Source: a virus. Taken from it: a DNA stretch of 64,000 nucleotides. Of this stretch, positions 25,791-36,368 are shown piece after piece (position 1 is the first letter of the stretch; each line of letters opens with the position of its first letter). Where the stretch lies: the IMG/VR virus record IMGVR_UViG_3300030329_004481; one strand, 5' to 3'. The notes beneath the pieces were generated by a model. That model did no database searches. It saw only the letters and a program-made list of their open reading frames with translations, and was not told where the DNA came from. The translations under genes were made by a program, and so were the position numbers.

Positions 25791-27561
25791 GCTTTTTTTC
25801 CATACTTCCATCTGAAGAATATAATTTAAAATACTTTTTTTTAGTTTCAAAAATGTCAATATGATCTATTGTAAAATTTTTATATACTAATCGTATTTCA
25901 TTTGCTGCTATATCTAAATTATCATATATATCAACAGCTTCTCTTAATCTCATATGACTTTTAATTATATATTGAACACTTAATAAATCAGTAAGCCACA
26001 CTTTATCTGAATTAGTAGTAAGATTTTTTCTAAAAGCATACTGGTGGTCTAATAAAAATGATTTAAATAATGGCATATTATCTATATTGTCAAAAAAATC
26101 ATATGCTTGTTCTCTAATATGTTTTTTACTATTCAACATATATTTTCTAGCAAAACCAGTATTAAATAATGTACCAAACCACCACCAATACATATACATT
26201 TGTTCCAAATCTTCAGTAGAATAACTATAGCATCTATTAAACATAGTAATACTTCGCCATTCTAATTTATTATTTTTATTATTTTTAGTTTTATAATTTT
26301 TTGCATTAAGTCTATTTTTATGATAATCTGTCAATTTTAAATCTAATAAATCTTTTGGTGCATAAATCTTAATCAAATTAGCATTATATTTTTTCCTAAA
26401 TTCTTGACTATAATATGTTGTGTTTGGCATAACAGTAAGAGGATAAGCTCTATTGAAATAACATCCATTGTCTATATCTTTTTGTAAAACATCTAACCAA
26501 GTTTCTGATGTTTCACCAGGCATTCCTATTATTAATTCACTATTAATTTCATAACCTTGTTTTTTTACTTCATTATAAATTTCAATCATTTTTTCATTTC
26601 TAATATTACTTCTTTCAGCAACTTTTAATGCTTCCTCTGTATGGGTTTGGATACTCAATTTCATAGTATTATTATTTTCTTCAAATTCTTTTTGAATTGT
26701 AGACATAATTTCTGGTAAGAACCTACTACCATTTTTAGCTAAACCACAAAAGGTCACTTTCATGTCTTTATTGTATTCATATTTCTTTACAACAAGTTCT
26801 CTAATATATTCAAGATCTTCTTTAAATATTCCATAATTAGCATCAATAAATTCAATTCTACTAATATTTCCTTTAAAGGCATATTCTATAACTTTTTTAA
26901 TTTCATCTTTATCAAATTTTGTTATCTTACTTCTAATAACACTTCCCCAATCACAAAAAGCACAAGAATAAGGACATCCCCTATTAGTTTCCATAGGAAT
27001 AACCACATTATCTCCATCCATTTCAAAAAGATGAGTTAATGTCCCATCAGTATATGGTGTTGGAGTCCATTCAACCTTATAAAGTTTTCTATCGACATTT
27101 ACATTATTCCAACCAATTCCAACTGTACCTTCATGAGTATTAAAAGGTTTGTCAATATTCAACAAAAATTGTTTAAAGTTTTCTTCAGCTGGGCCGACAA
27201 AATGTAAATCAGAATACGGCCTTTCAATACAAAATTCTTGTGAATCTTTATTATTTTCTGGAATCTGAGGTCCACCATAAACAACAATTCCATTTGGATT
27301 TATTTCTTTAAATCTTTTAGCTATTCTATCATTAATTTCTTGATTCCATATATAACAAGTCAAACCCAAAATGTCAGTCTTTTCTAATTTTTCTTGAAAT
27401 TTTTTACTACTTTCATTTCTTTGTAAAAATTCTGGTTCAAGAAAATTAAATTTTTTTAATATTTTTTTATCTTGCTTGCAATAAGATATCAAACACCCAG
27501 CTGGATATGGAAGCCAATCTTGAAACTGTATACTAAAAGTGCATATTAGTATATTTTTCAT
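25744..27561 (-). CDS. Cobalamin-binding (class B-type) radical SAM protein
   Basis: WLPYPAGCL, GLTCYIWN, YGGPQ, ETNRGCPYSCAFCDWG, DANYG, ELIIGMPGET. Confidence 0.9.
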   Translation of the reverse strand: MKNILICTFSIQFQDWLPYPAGCLISYCKQDKKILKKFNFLEPEFLQRNESSKKFQEKLEKTDILGLTCYIWNQEINDRIAKRFKEINPNGIVVYGGPQIPENNKDSQEFCIERPYSDLHFVGPAEENFKQFLLNIDKPFNTHEGTVGIGWNNVNVDRKLYKVEWTPTPYTDGTLTHLFEMDGDNVVIPMETNRGCPYSCAFCDWGSVIRSKITKFDKDEIKKVIEYAFKGNISRIEFIDANYGIFKEDLEYIRELVVKKYEYNKDMKVTFCGLAKNGSRFLPEIMSTIQKEFEENNNTMKLSIQTHTEEALKVAERSNIRNEKMIEIYNEVKKQGYEINSELIIGMPGETSETWLDVLQKDIDNGCYFNRAYPLTVMPNTTYYSQEFRKKYNANLIKIYAPKDLLDLKLTDYHKNRLNAKNYKTKNNKNNKLEWRSITMFNRCYSYSTEDLEQMYMYWWWFGTLFNTGFARKYMLNSKKHIREQAYDFFDNIDNMPLFKSFLLDHQYAFRKNLTTNSDKVWLTDLLSVQYIIKSHMRLREAVDIYDNLDIAANEIRLVYKNFTIDHIDIFETKKKYFKLYSSDGSMEKKHANNPISESPISIPA

Positions 27562-27980
27562 GATGTTACTGTTATTTCTTTTATTTTATAAGGTTGTTGT
27601 AAGATCCAATCAATTATGCTAACCGCATAATCAACTGGCATTTTAGATACATTTTTATTTTTTTGACTTTCAGTATCTATATAACCAAAATTTACACAAG
27701 TTGTATGTATACCTTCAGTAAACAAATGGTGGTTTGCTTCTCTAAGAGATTTTTTTTCTATTGCGTATCTATAACGAAATGTATAATCACTAGCGTGTGA
27801 TCCTATATTAATTATACGTTTATTTAACTCTGCGGCTTGGTATAATAATTCTACTTGTTCAAAACCATTGTGTTTACAATTAATAAAAATATCACAAGAT
27901 TTTAAATTTTCACAATTTCCATACTTTTCAACAAGAGATTTTCCCAAACCCCTTCTTGTTCCTGTAATAAAATATTTCAT
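27558..27980 (-). CDS. Minimal short-chain dehydrogenase/reductase
   Basis: Likely ATG at 27980; ITGTRRGLG, FINC, IINIGS, YAIEK (YxxxK), FGYIDT. Confidence 0.8.
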   Translation of the reverse strand: MKYFITGTRRGLGKSLVEKYGNCENLKSCDIFINCKHNGFEQVELLYQAAELNKRIINIGSHASDYTFRYRYAIEKKSLREANHHLFTEGIHTTCVNFGYIDTESQKNKNVSKMPVDYAVSIIDWILQQPYKIKEITVTS

Positions 27981-29008
27981 AAAAAGGTTTTGTCTCCCGG
28001 CCATAATGGTAATTTGACTCCAGGTTTACGTTTGGGTATTTTACTATCAGCAGAACTTACACAAGCATCTGACAAACAAGGTTGCGGACTATCAAATAAT
28101 TTAAATCCTGTTTCTATATTACCTAAAGGTAAATCTCTGCAAGAATAAGACCGCTTAATGCTCCCATCAGGCTCGCGGATAATGATACTGCGATGGCCAG
28201 ACGAACAATCCCACCCCCTGAAATTATTAAAATTAAACGCATTGAATCTTTCTGCTTGATCCATTTCATAAGTTTCACCTTTTGAGTCTATTAATTCTAT
28301 TTCCATAGTTGGAGTTTTTGATTCATTATATAATATGTCTAATTGACTATCTGTGTATCCTTCTACTACTTTTGTGGCAGTTGGATTAGATTGTGGTTTC
28401 AATGTTGTATGTATCCCCCTCTCTTTGAAATACAAAACATGATCACATAATTTAAAAAATCTTTCCGGAACCATAACCATATTTATTGTAATGCGAATAC
28501 CATTGTCTTGACAGAAAACTAATTTGTCAGCAAATTCTTCTATTTTCTTTTCTGTATTTAAATGTTCAAAATGTGCAGACGCAGTAATAGAAGCTCTGTC
28601 AAATTGTTTTGCGTATTTTACATATGTCTCAAACCAACTCATTTTACGTGAGCAGTTTGATGTCATGTGAATTCTTTGTCTCTTACAATTAATATTATCA
28701 TCAGCTAAATGTTGCAAAATATTTAAATATCCAGGATGAAAAGTGGGTTCTCCACCAGACAAAGACCAATTAAAACTATTAAACCCATTGTTTCTTGCTT
28801 GACGTTTTATTTCATCTATGGTAGATAAACATAGTTCCGTAGGTCTATGATCTTTTTTATCTGACCTAGCATAAGGCCAACAGTATGTACATTTGTAATT
28901 ACAGAACCTGCCAAGTAACCATGACACAGTGAATGTATCATGATAAAGCATAGTTTTTGTTCCTACAAGTTCTATATCATTAAAAGGTATTTTTGTAAAG
29001 TCTAACAT
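27977..29008 (-). CDS. Radical SAM protein with C-terminal Cys cluster (twitch/SPASM-like)
   Basis: CNYKCTYC, SGGEPT, TSN; C-terminal CSSG...DG...C...C...C. Confidence 0.9.
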   Translation of the reverse strand: MLDFTKIPFNDIELVGTKTMLYHDTFTVSWLLGRFCNYKCTYCWPYARSDKKDHRPTELCLSTIDEIKRQARNNGFNSFNWSLSGGEPTFHPGYLNILQHLADDNINCKRQRIHMTSNCSRKMSWFETYVKYAKQFDRASITASAHFEHLNTEKKIEEFADKLVFCQDNGIRITINMVMVPERFFKLCDHVLYFKERGIHTTLKPQSNPTATKVVEGYTDSQLDILYNESKTPTMEIELIDSKGETYEMDQAERFNAFNFNNFRGWDCSSGHRSIIIREPDGSIKRSYSCRDLPLGNIETGFKLFDSPQPCLSDACVSSADSKIPKRKPGVKLPLWPGDKTFL

Positions 29009-30819
29009 ATTCTTTTTATTTTTAATAAATTTTTATGTGAATATTTTTCAATATCTATAACATTTGCAAATTTATTAAAAAAATTAACATAATAAGTTGG
29101 ATCACCTGAAAACCAATTCCTTTCACCTTCTGCAATACAGAATATAAATGTGCCATTTATTTTTAATAAATTTTTAAAAATTCTTTTTACTGTTTCTTCT
29201 ATATAAAAAAAATCTTTAACTTCTTCATTTAAACCATTGAATAAATTTAATCCAACCGCATACATACTATCAAATTTTTCCAAAGGAGAATATGTATAAA
29301 GATTTTCAACTAAAAAATTAGCTCCTTTAGAATTATTTCTAGCATACTCAATTGCTTTATCTGATAAATCTATTCCTGTCACATCTTTATATTTGTAATT
29401 ATCATATAAAAAATTAGTATGAATTCCCATGCCACAACCAAAATCTAAAAGTTTATCAGAACAATTCCATCCAGAAAATTTTTCAATTTTTGGAATATAA
29501 TCTTTTGAATATTGTTTTAAACCTTCTATTTTGTTTTCTTTTGATAAATTTAAATCTGAACTTGGTCCCATATCACTTTTAAAAAACATTTCTTCATTTG
29601 CATAATACTTGGTTTGATGAACATTGTATAAAGTAGATGGACAAACATGAGACAAATATCGATATTCTTTTCGATTTATCAACCAAGGACAAGCCGTTAC
29701 CAAGTCTTCAGCATTAGGTTTAACAAAATCCGCTAATTTAGTAAAAGATAAAAAATCATAATAACTATCTTTATCTTGTTCCGCTTGTTTAAAACCTTCA
29801 GCTAATTTTAAAATTCCACTTTTTGTTGACCTTTTGTTTACAGGAATATTTTTTATTATTAAATCATGTGCTTTTTCTAAATGCTCTTTTGGTAAAACAG
29901 AATAAGATAAGTATTTTGGAAAAGCAACTATATTTTTAAAATAACTATCTATACCTTGTTCTTCAAAATATTTAAATATTTTAACTGGTTCAAAAATATT
30001 ATAAGCCATCCATAAAGTAGTTATACTTAAATATATATTAAATACTTTTTTAAATTTTTTTATATTATCTAATACGTGTTCAATTGTAAAATTTTGTCCA
30101 CCTCTAATATATTGATATAATACATGATCTAATGCTTCTAAACTAATTGATAAATTAACTTTTTTAAAACATTGAAATAAATTAATAAATTTTTCATTAT
30201 ATATTGTTCCATTTGTATGAATATCTAATATAACATTTTGTGTGTTTATATTTTTAATAATATAATTTAACAATTCAATATTTGCTGGTTCAGCAAAAGG
30301 TTCTCCACCTTTTATCGCAATAAATTCTATATTTGGGCATTTATTAATAATATCTTTTACTGTTTCTAAGTTATTAGCATTTTTTTTAAAAACATTTCCC
30401 TTATCTTCATATTGTCTTGGAAACCCTCTATAATCTTTCCAGTTAAATTTTTCAAATATTTTTTCAGTTGGTATCCATGAAGTGCTGTAACTTCCACTAC
30501 ACATTTTACATTTTAAATTACAAATATTACTCATATCAATCTCCAACATACGAATATCCATTACATCATGAAATTCAATATGTTCAAAGGATTGATTGAG
30601 AAATTTTCTACGACTCCATCCTACTTTATCTTCTTTTGTTTTACAACTTATACAATTATTATGAAATTTTCCATCTAATAAAGATTTCCTCAGAGATTCT
30701 GTCTGTTTCCAATATTCATCTAAATTTTTTGTAGGATTTGAATTCTTATACACAGGATCAGGTAATAAAGAACCATCCATATGAACAACTAAACTATTCC
30801 AAGGAGCTTTACAAAACAT
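29002..30819 (-). CDS. N-terminal twitch radical SAM protein fused to a class I SAM methyltransferase
   Basis: FCKAPW, CISC, CNLKCKMC, GGEPF, TNGT; C-terminal LLDFGCGMG, GIDLS..AIEYA. Confidence 0.88.
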   Translation of the reverse strand: MFCKAPWNSLVVHMDGSLLPDPVYKNSNPTKNLDEYWKQTESLRKSLLDGKFHNNCISCKTKEDKVGWSRRKFLNQSFEHIEFHDVMDIRMLEIDMSNICNLKCKMCSGSYSTSWIPTEKIFEKFNWKDYRGFPRQYEDKGNVFKKNANNLETVKDIINKCPNIEFIAIKGGEPFAEPANIELLNYIIKNINTQNVILDIHTNGTIYNEKFINLFQCFKKVNLSISLEALDHVLYQYIRGGQNFTIEHVLDNIKKFKKVFNIYLSITTLWMAYNIFEPVKIFKYFEEQGIDSYFKNIVAFPKYLSYSVLPKEHLEKAHDLIIKNIPVNKRSTKSGILKLAEGFKQAEQDKDSYYDFLSFTKLADFVKPNAEDLVTACPWLINRKEYRYLSHVCPSTLYNVHQTKYYANEEMFFKSDMGPSSDLNLSKENKIEGLKQYSKDYIPKIEKFSGWNCSDKLLDFGCGMGIHTNFLYDNYKYKDVTGIDLSDKAIEYARNNSKGANFLVENLYTYSPLEKFDSMYAVGLNLFNGLNEEVKDFFYIEETVKRIFKNLLKINGTFIFCIAEGERNWFSGDPTYYVNFFNKFANVIDIEKYSHKNLLKIKRIC

Positions 30820-32017
30820 TTTTTAATTCTATAAATTTGTCTAAATTGAAAGAAGAATCTATAGCTAAATTAAACTCATTAAAATCTACCATTGATGCTT
30901 TTTTATGATAAGATCCTTGACTCTCTCCATAATCTAAACTCAAATATTGTATTAGTGTTTTTCTTAATCTAGGATATCTTGTTTTGATATCATTTTTTTT
31001 ATATTTTTTAATAAGATTATCTTTATACCTTTTTGGTAAAACATAAATTGTTAAAGGTTCTGGTGTAAGTACTCTATTTGATCCAATCCACGGCCATTCT
31101 TCACAATCAGATTTAATATGACTAAATTGCTGAACATAATCAATATATTCCTCAAAAAAATGAATGTTCAACGCTTGCCAACATGGAGCAAAATGAATAT
31201 CCCAATTTTTATTTTCTGTTATGAAAGAAAACCAAAGTCTGATAACATTATCAATTTTTTCCCAAGATACTCCTGGTCTTATGTATTCATTTAATTCACC
31301 AATACCATCTATACTAAGTTTTATTACACCACCATTTGCTAACTTTAATTTTTCTATTATTTGATCATCTGGAAATATTGTTCCATTAGTATTATATTCA
31401 AAAAATATATTTTGAATCATATTTTTAGGCATTAATTGAATAAAAGAATTATGTTCTTTACTTATAAATGGTTCTCCTCCCATAATTTTTATATATTCCA
31501 AATTAGTAAACATGGAAGGATCTTCAATTTCCATTTTCCATAAACCTTTATCTCCTGTATCTAAGGACCATTTTTTATTATATAAAGATGAAAATTTTCC
31601 CCAAACACTATTCCATTTTGTACTATAACTTGGACCACACATTCTGCAAGTTAAATTGCATTCATTTGAAAAAGATATATCAAGAGCTTTAATTTCAGAT
31701 AAACTTTGATTTATATTATAATTTTTTAATTCAAATTTATCATTCATAAAAATTCTATAACTATTAACACCCATCTTTTCTTTGTTTAAACAACGTTCAC
31801 ATCCAGCTGGAATTTTCCCTTCTATCATTTCTTTTCTAATTTCTTTAAAATAATCAGAATTAAAACTATCAATTATAGAAGAATCTTCAACTCTAGGAAC
31901 TTTTACATTATTTGATCTATTTTGTATTTTATTTTCAAATTCACAACATGGACCAAATACATGATTTTGAAACTGCTTTACATGAATAAATGGCATAACA
32001 CAATAAGGTTTAGTCAT
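30809..32017 (-). CDS. N-terminal twitch-domain radical SAM protein
   Basis: YCVMPF..PCC, CERC, CNLTCRMC..YST.W, GGEPF, TNGT, SIDG..EYIR. Confidence 0.9.
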   Translation of the reverse strand: MTKPYCVMPFIHVKQFQNHVFGPCCEFENKIQNRSNNVKVPRVEDSSIIDSFNSDYFKEIRKEMIEGKIPAGCERCLNKEKMGVNSYRIFMNDKFELKNYNINQSLSEIKALDISFSNECNLTCRMCGPSYSTKWNSVWGKFSSLYNKKWSLDTGDKGLWKMEIEDPSMFTNLEYIKIMGGEPFISKEHNSFIQLMPKNMIQNIFFEYNTNGTIFPDDQIIEKLKLANGGVIKLSIDGIGELNEYIRPGVSWEKIDNVIRLWFSFITENKNWDIHFAPCWQALNIHFFEEYIDYVQQFSHIKSDCEEWPWIGSNRVLTPEPLTIYVLPKRYKDNLIKKYKKNDIKTRYPRLRKTLIQYLSLDYGESQGSYHKKASMVDFNEFNLAIDSSFNLDKFIELKNVL

Positions 32018-32727
32018 ACTAAACTCCTATAACTATTGATAACCACTTTTTTAAAGATATTTATTTTTTTCTTAGACCATCCATGAATGATCATATGTAT
32101 TCTATTTTCATTACTTTTGTTCCAAACTGCATGAGGAATTGAAATATTCATCATTCTTATTTGTCCTTCTTTCCAAGGAACAATACCATAATCTTCCATC
32201 CCCATAATACACCCTTCAGGATTATTTAATGATATATTAAAAGTTTGTAATCTATTTTCATCATCATCTTTATGTGGAAGAATATATCCATTAGGTTCTA
32301 ATAACATAAATCTAATTCTTAAAAAATCATCTAAGAATATTTTATTTTTTAAAAAATTTGTTGTTACAGGACATTGATCGCATATTTCTGTCCAATGATA
32401 TTCTGGTAGATTATTTTCATATTGATCATCACCCAATGTATAATGTTTTCCTCTACCATGAATTGTTAAACTTTTCCATCCCTTATGTTTTTCATTATAA
32501 GAATCTCTATGATAAACAAATTCATGCAATAAAGAATTTGCTTCATCATACATTTTTTTGTATGGTATATCAAAATGAAGATGTAATGTAGCAAGATTTG
32601 ATTTATGAATTATCCATGAAAATTTATCACTTGATTCTAAATTTCTATAATGATTTTCAAGATTCCTATACGCAAAGAAGTTTGAGAGAATTTTTTGAGT
32701 GTTCATAATAATCCTTTCTCCATTCAA
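32014..32727 (-). CDS. AspH-like Fe(II)/2OG oxygenase
   Basis: GWKSLTIHG, RIRFMLLEP.GYILPHKD, HAVWN.S...RIHMIIHG. Confidence 0.88.
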   Translation of the reverse strand: MNGERIIMNTQKILSNFFAYRNLENHYRNLESSDKFSWIIHKSNLATLHLHFDIPYKKMYDEANSLLHEFVYHRDSYNEKHKGWKSLTIHGRGKHYTLGDDQYENNLPEYHWTEICDQCPVTTNFLKNKIFLDDFLRIRFMLLEPNGYILPHKDDDENRLQTFNISLNNPEGCIMGMEDYGIVPWKEGQIRMMNISIPHAVWNKSNENRIHMIIHGWSKKKINIFKKVVINSYRSLV

Positions 32728-34009
32728 AATTAAAATCTTTATCTAAATTGGTATCAATATCATTCATAGAAATTAAATACGAACCAGTTCCATATTTTCG
32801 ACTTAAAGAAAGTTCTCCATAAAAATAACTATTATTTTTTTTGAATTGCTGTTGATCAAATACAATTTTTTTAAGTAAAACATTATAATCAATTTGACTA
32901 TAAAAATATGATGTATCAACATAATGAAAAATATTACTAAAATAAATTAAAATATTTTTAGTTGTTTGTGTATATTTTTTTAAAAGATTATAATTTGTCA
33001 AACTACTAAGGGAATAATTAACATGACTTAACTTTCTTATTTTATTTTTTAAATTATCCCATTTCATAGTTTTATTAAAAAAATCTAATGCATATTCATT
33101 CATAATATCTTCATCATTTTCTATTAATTCTATACTATTATTTAAAGATTTAAATATATTACAAAAATCTGAATACTTTTGTTTTTCAGGATTAAAATCA
33201 CTAATTAATAATTTTGTAAATTCAATAGCACGTTGTTGAATATCAACAAATCGCACGGTTTTTAAATTTTTACATTTATCTATAATAGCCAATGCTTGCA
33301 ATCCATTTGCAGGAGTAATTAAATGTTCAACGTGTGAAAGATCAAAAGAAAATAATGGTTCTGTCGCAACATTATATATCATTTGTGTTTCAGACAAAAA
33401 ATGAACCAAGTTCCAAAATGGTACAATATCAGAATTCAATATTATTGGTTCTCTAATAGATTTTTTCCTTGAAATACTGCTCTCAAAATTATTCCATGGT
33501 CTTTTTTTAGAATTATTACTTTTTAAATTATAAATAAAAAATTTTGATTTTTTGTCTCCAATTATCCTATAATTTAATTCATTTTGTTCTTGTTCTGAAA
33601 ACCTCCTTAAAAAATTTTGAATATCTAATAAACATCCTAAAGGAATAAAAACAACAAAATCAACTTCTTTTAAATTTAATGAATATTTTTCATCATTATA
33701 TCCTTGTAAATAACCATGTGATTCATCAGAAAAATTTGAAGAAAGATTATCATATTCATTATTAAAAAAATTTAAACTATTCCACGCATCTTCAAAATTT
33801 AAAAAATATCTATAATCTAAATTTTCAAAAGTTAAATAATCAAAAATATTATATGAAAAATTTTTATAATAAGTGTTTTGTTTATCATTGTCTATTAAAT
33901 ATATTAAAAACTTTATATTTGACTTAATGCCATGTGTGTTTTTAAACAATGTCCTATGATGATTTTCCCAAAGCTTTCTTTCTTTTATGGGTATATTCCA
34001 ACTATTCAT
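32666..34009 (-). CDS. Hypothetical protein, possibly with a Rossmann/methyltransferase-like C-terminal half
   Basis: TPANGL, VRFVDI..RAIEF, YFSNIFHY; no decisive motif. Confidence 0.5.
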   Translation of the reverse strand: MNSWNIPIKERKLWENHHRTLFKNTHGIKSNIKFLIYLIDNDKQNTYYKNFSYNIFDYLTFENLDYRYFLNFEDAWNSLNFFNNEYDNLSSNFSDESHGYLQGYNDEKYSLNLKEVDFVVFIPLGCLLDIQNFLRRFSEQEQNELNYRIIGDKKSKFFIYNLKSNNSKKRPWNNFESSISRKKSIREPIILNSDIVPFWNLVHFLSETQMIYNVATEPLFSFDLSHVEHLITPANGLQALAIIDKCKNLKTVRFVDIQQRAIEFTKLLISDFNPEKQKYSDFCNIFKSLNNSIELIENDEDIMNEYALDFFNKTMKWDNLKNKIRKLSHVNYSLSSLTNYNLLKKYTQTTKNILIYFSNIFHYVDTSYFYSQIDYNVLLKKIVFDQQQFKKNNSYFYGELSLSRKYGTGSYLISMNDIDTNLDKDFNFEWRKDYYEHSKNSLKLLCV

Positions 34010-34015
34010 ATAATC

Positions 34016-35170
34016 TTAATTTCTATGATATATTGGTTTAGAAATATTAATCATTAATCCTGCTTTAGATTTTACCTTATCTAAATTGCTACTTATGTGT
34101 ATTTGATTTGAATCTTGACAAATAATATCACCACCTCTCCATCTAAAGGTTTCATCTTCTCTAAATCCAAACAAAGTTCCTAATGTAATATGTCTCCATC
34201 TTTGCTTATTAATATCTTCACAAAAATGAAATTTATTTAAACTGTCTTCAAGATTATCATTGTCTAAATCATAAAAAAACTCCTTTGGCCGTGATGCTAA
34301 TTTTTTATATCTGCCAGTTATAATATTACCATAAATTGAAACATTGGTTTCTTTAATTGAAGAAAATTTCGATATCACTTTATCATTTTCTAAACAAGAC
34401 TTACATAATTTATAATTTATATTTCCTTGAGCATTTACTAATTTAGTTTTTTTATTTTTACAATAAACACAAAATCCTTCAGAATCTTCTGTTAATATAT
34501 CTTCTTGTTTTTCTTTTAGTAATTCAAACATAACATCTCCCATGGTTTGACCAAAACCATATACCCGCTCTTTCATTGTAGTATAATATAAATTATAGGG
34601 TGGTTGCTTTAAACCCATTGAAAATAAAGGAATAATTAATGATTTATAAGGAATTATGTATTTTATTTTTGGATTATTTTTTAACTTTTTCATATAATCT
34701 TGATGATAATAATAGTCATGATGTAAATCATACCCTCTTATTGTCCAATAAAAATTTCCGCTTACAAAATCATTTTCAGAATCATAAAAAGGAATTACGT
34801 CTTTTAAATTGTTCCAAAAATGAGAAACAAAGTTTTTATAGTCATGAGTAAGAAAAAATACTATATCCTTTTCACTAAAATGTGCATTTCCTCCATGCTT
34901 ATTGGGTCTTCTTGAATGATAATTTTTTAACAACCAATCAATCATATTATCTACAGTATCTTCAGATAATATATTTTCATATATTTTGGGGGGAGAATTA
35001 TGCAAACAAAAAATATCGAAAGGTGCAAGAAATTTTCTATCTGCATACATTTCTTTTGTGCTTACATCATCTGAAACAAAATAACCACGATTTTTTTCTT
35101 TTTTTGAATATGGAGAATTTTCAATAATCATAATAACCTTTCCACATTGGAAATACCTTTTCAAAATCAT
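34016..35170 (-). CDS. Fe(II)/2OG oxygenase-like protein with an inserted CxxC..CxxC motif
   Basis: YDLHHD, KSLIIPL, W..GD.I..DS.QIH.S...K; CVYC...CKSC. Confidence 0.6.
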   Translation of the reverse strand: MILKRYFQCGKVIMIIENSPYSKKEKNRGYFVSDDVSTKEMYADRKFLAPFDIFCLHNSPPKIYENILSEDTVDNMIDWLLKNYHSRRPNKHGGNAHFSEKDIVFFLTHDYKNFVSHFWNNLKDVIPFYDSENDFVSGNFYWTIRGYDLHHDYYYHQDYMKKLKNNPKIKYIIPYKSLIIPLFSMGLKQPPYNLYYTTMKERVYGFGQTMGDVMFELLKEKQEDILTEDSEGFCVYCKNKKTKLVNAQGNINYKLCKSCLENDKVISKFSSIKETNVSIYGNIITGRYKKLASRPKEFFYDLDNDNLEDSLNKFHFCEDINKQRWRHITLGTLFGFREDETFRWRGGDIICQDSNQIHISSNLDKVKSKAGLMINISKPIYHRN

Positions 35171-36368
35171 GTGATCTTAAATTATCAAGTTGTTTACCAT
35201 AATCAACAAAATCTTTAAAAAGTTTTATGTAATTTGGATCATCAACATTCATAAGATTGATCATTTGCCTTAACCTATCTTTTATTTGATCACTATAATT
35301 ATATATTAACAAATAATTATTTAATTTTTCTGTAATTATTTTTTTAAGATTATTTGGTATAATGCTTGGATTAAAATAATGAGGAACGTGTACAGGATCA
35401 AGATGAACAAAAATTTTTTCAGTTTTACACCATTCTAGTAATTCAGGAAGATAACCAATGTTTTGATTACTCACCGCAGTATTTAAAGCAAAATGAACTG
35501 ATGGATGATCATAAAATATTTCATTTATTTTAATCGCATTTGAACTTGTTAATTTCCATTTACTAGGTGGTCGTAAAAATTCATTTTGTTTTCCATAACC
35601 ATCAATACTTCCTAATAATGATACATGCTTAAATTTAGAAATTAAATATAAAAAATCATCTCTAACATTTTTTAAATTAGTATTAATTCTTAAAGAAACG
35701 TTTTTAGCATGATCTTTATCAACAAAAAATTTCAAAATATCAAAATATTCTTGTAATATCATTGGTTCACCGCCACTAACTTCCATATGTTCTATTACAG
35801 AATAATTTTTTTTAATTAAATGAATAATTTCAGGATTTGATTTTACCCATTGAAATTTTAACTCATCATATCCATCATATTCCATTTGTAAATAATCAGT
35901 TAATGTTTCTCCATTTTCAACTAGTTTAAAAATGTCTTTAGCTAACTGATTACTTGCACCAATCCAACACGTCCTACATTTTAAATTACATAAATTTCCA
36001 AAATGTAAATCAAAACTTATAGGAAAATGATCAACTCTGCCATTTTGTTCAATAGCTTTATCAACTATATGTTTATAATTTTCATAAGGATATTTTTCAT
36101 TCTCAGAAATTCTTTTTGATCTACCTCCCGCATTTTCTTCATCATAACATCTTTTGCAAGCTGGTACAAATTTCCCATTGAATAAATCTATTCTAGTTTG
36201 TTTAATATATGGATTGTTCCATACATTTTCAAATGTATCATTGTAAAATCCTTTTGTATATAGTCTATGGTCTTCTAATTTAGTAGTGCTTTTACAACAA
36301 TTTCTTATTTGACCTTTGTTCTGTGTTGCTAATATTAAAAAAGGTGCAATACAAAATTTATTTTTCAT
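35121..36368 (-). CDS. N-terminal twitch-domain radical SAM protein
   Basis: FCIAPF..CC, CKRC, GNLCNLKCRTC, GGEPM, NTN, SIDG..EFLR.PSKW. Confidence 0.9.
   Translation of the reverse strand: MKNKFCIAPFLILATQNKGQIRNCCKSTTKLEDHRLYTKGFYNDTFENVWNNPYIKQTRIDLFNGKFVPACKRCYDEENAGGRSKRISENEKYPYENYKHIVDKAIEQNGRVDHFPISFDLHFGNLCNLKCRTCWIGASNQLAKDIFKLVENGETLTDYLQMEYDGYDELKFQWVKSNPEIIHLIKKNYSVIEHMEVSGGEPMILQEYFDILKFFVDKDHAKNVSLRINTNLKNVRDDFLYLISKFKHVSLLGSIDGYGKQNEFLRPPSKWKLTSSNAIKINEIFYDHPSVHFALNTAVSNQNIGYLPELLEWCKTEKIFVHLDPVHVPHYFNPSIIPNNLKKIITEKLNNYLLIYNYSDQIKDRLRQMINLMNVDDPNYIKLFKDFVDYGKQLDNLRSHDFEKVFPMWKGYYDY

Noticed and set aside
27977-29008. QueE/7-deazaguanine or MoaA/NrdG assignment for the radical SAMs
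   Set aside because: No queC, queD, folE, dpdA, moa or nrdD partners, and the motif spacing and Cys-rich extensions do not fit.
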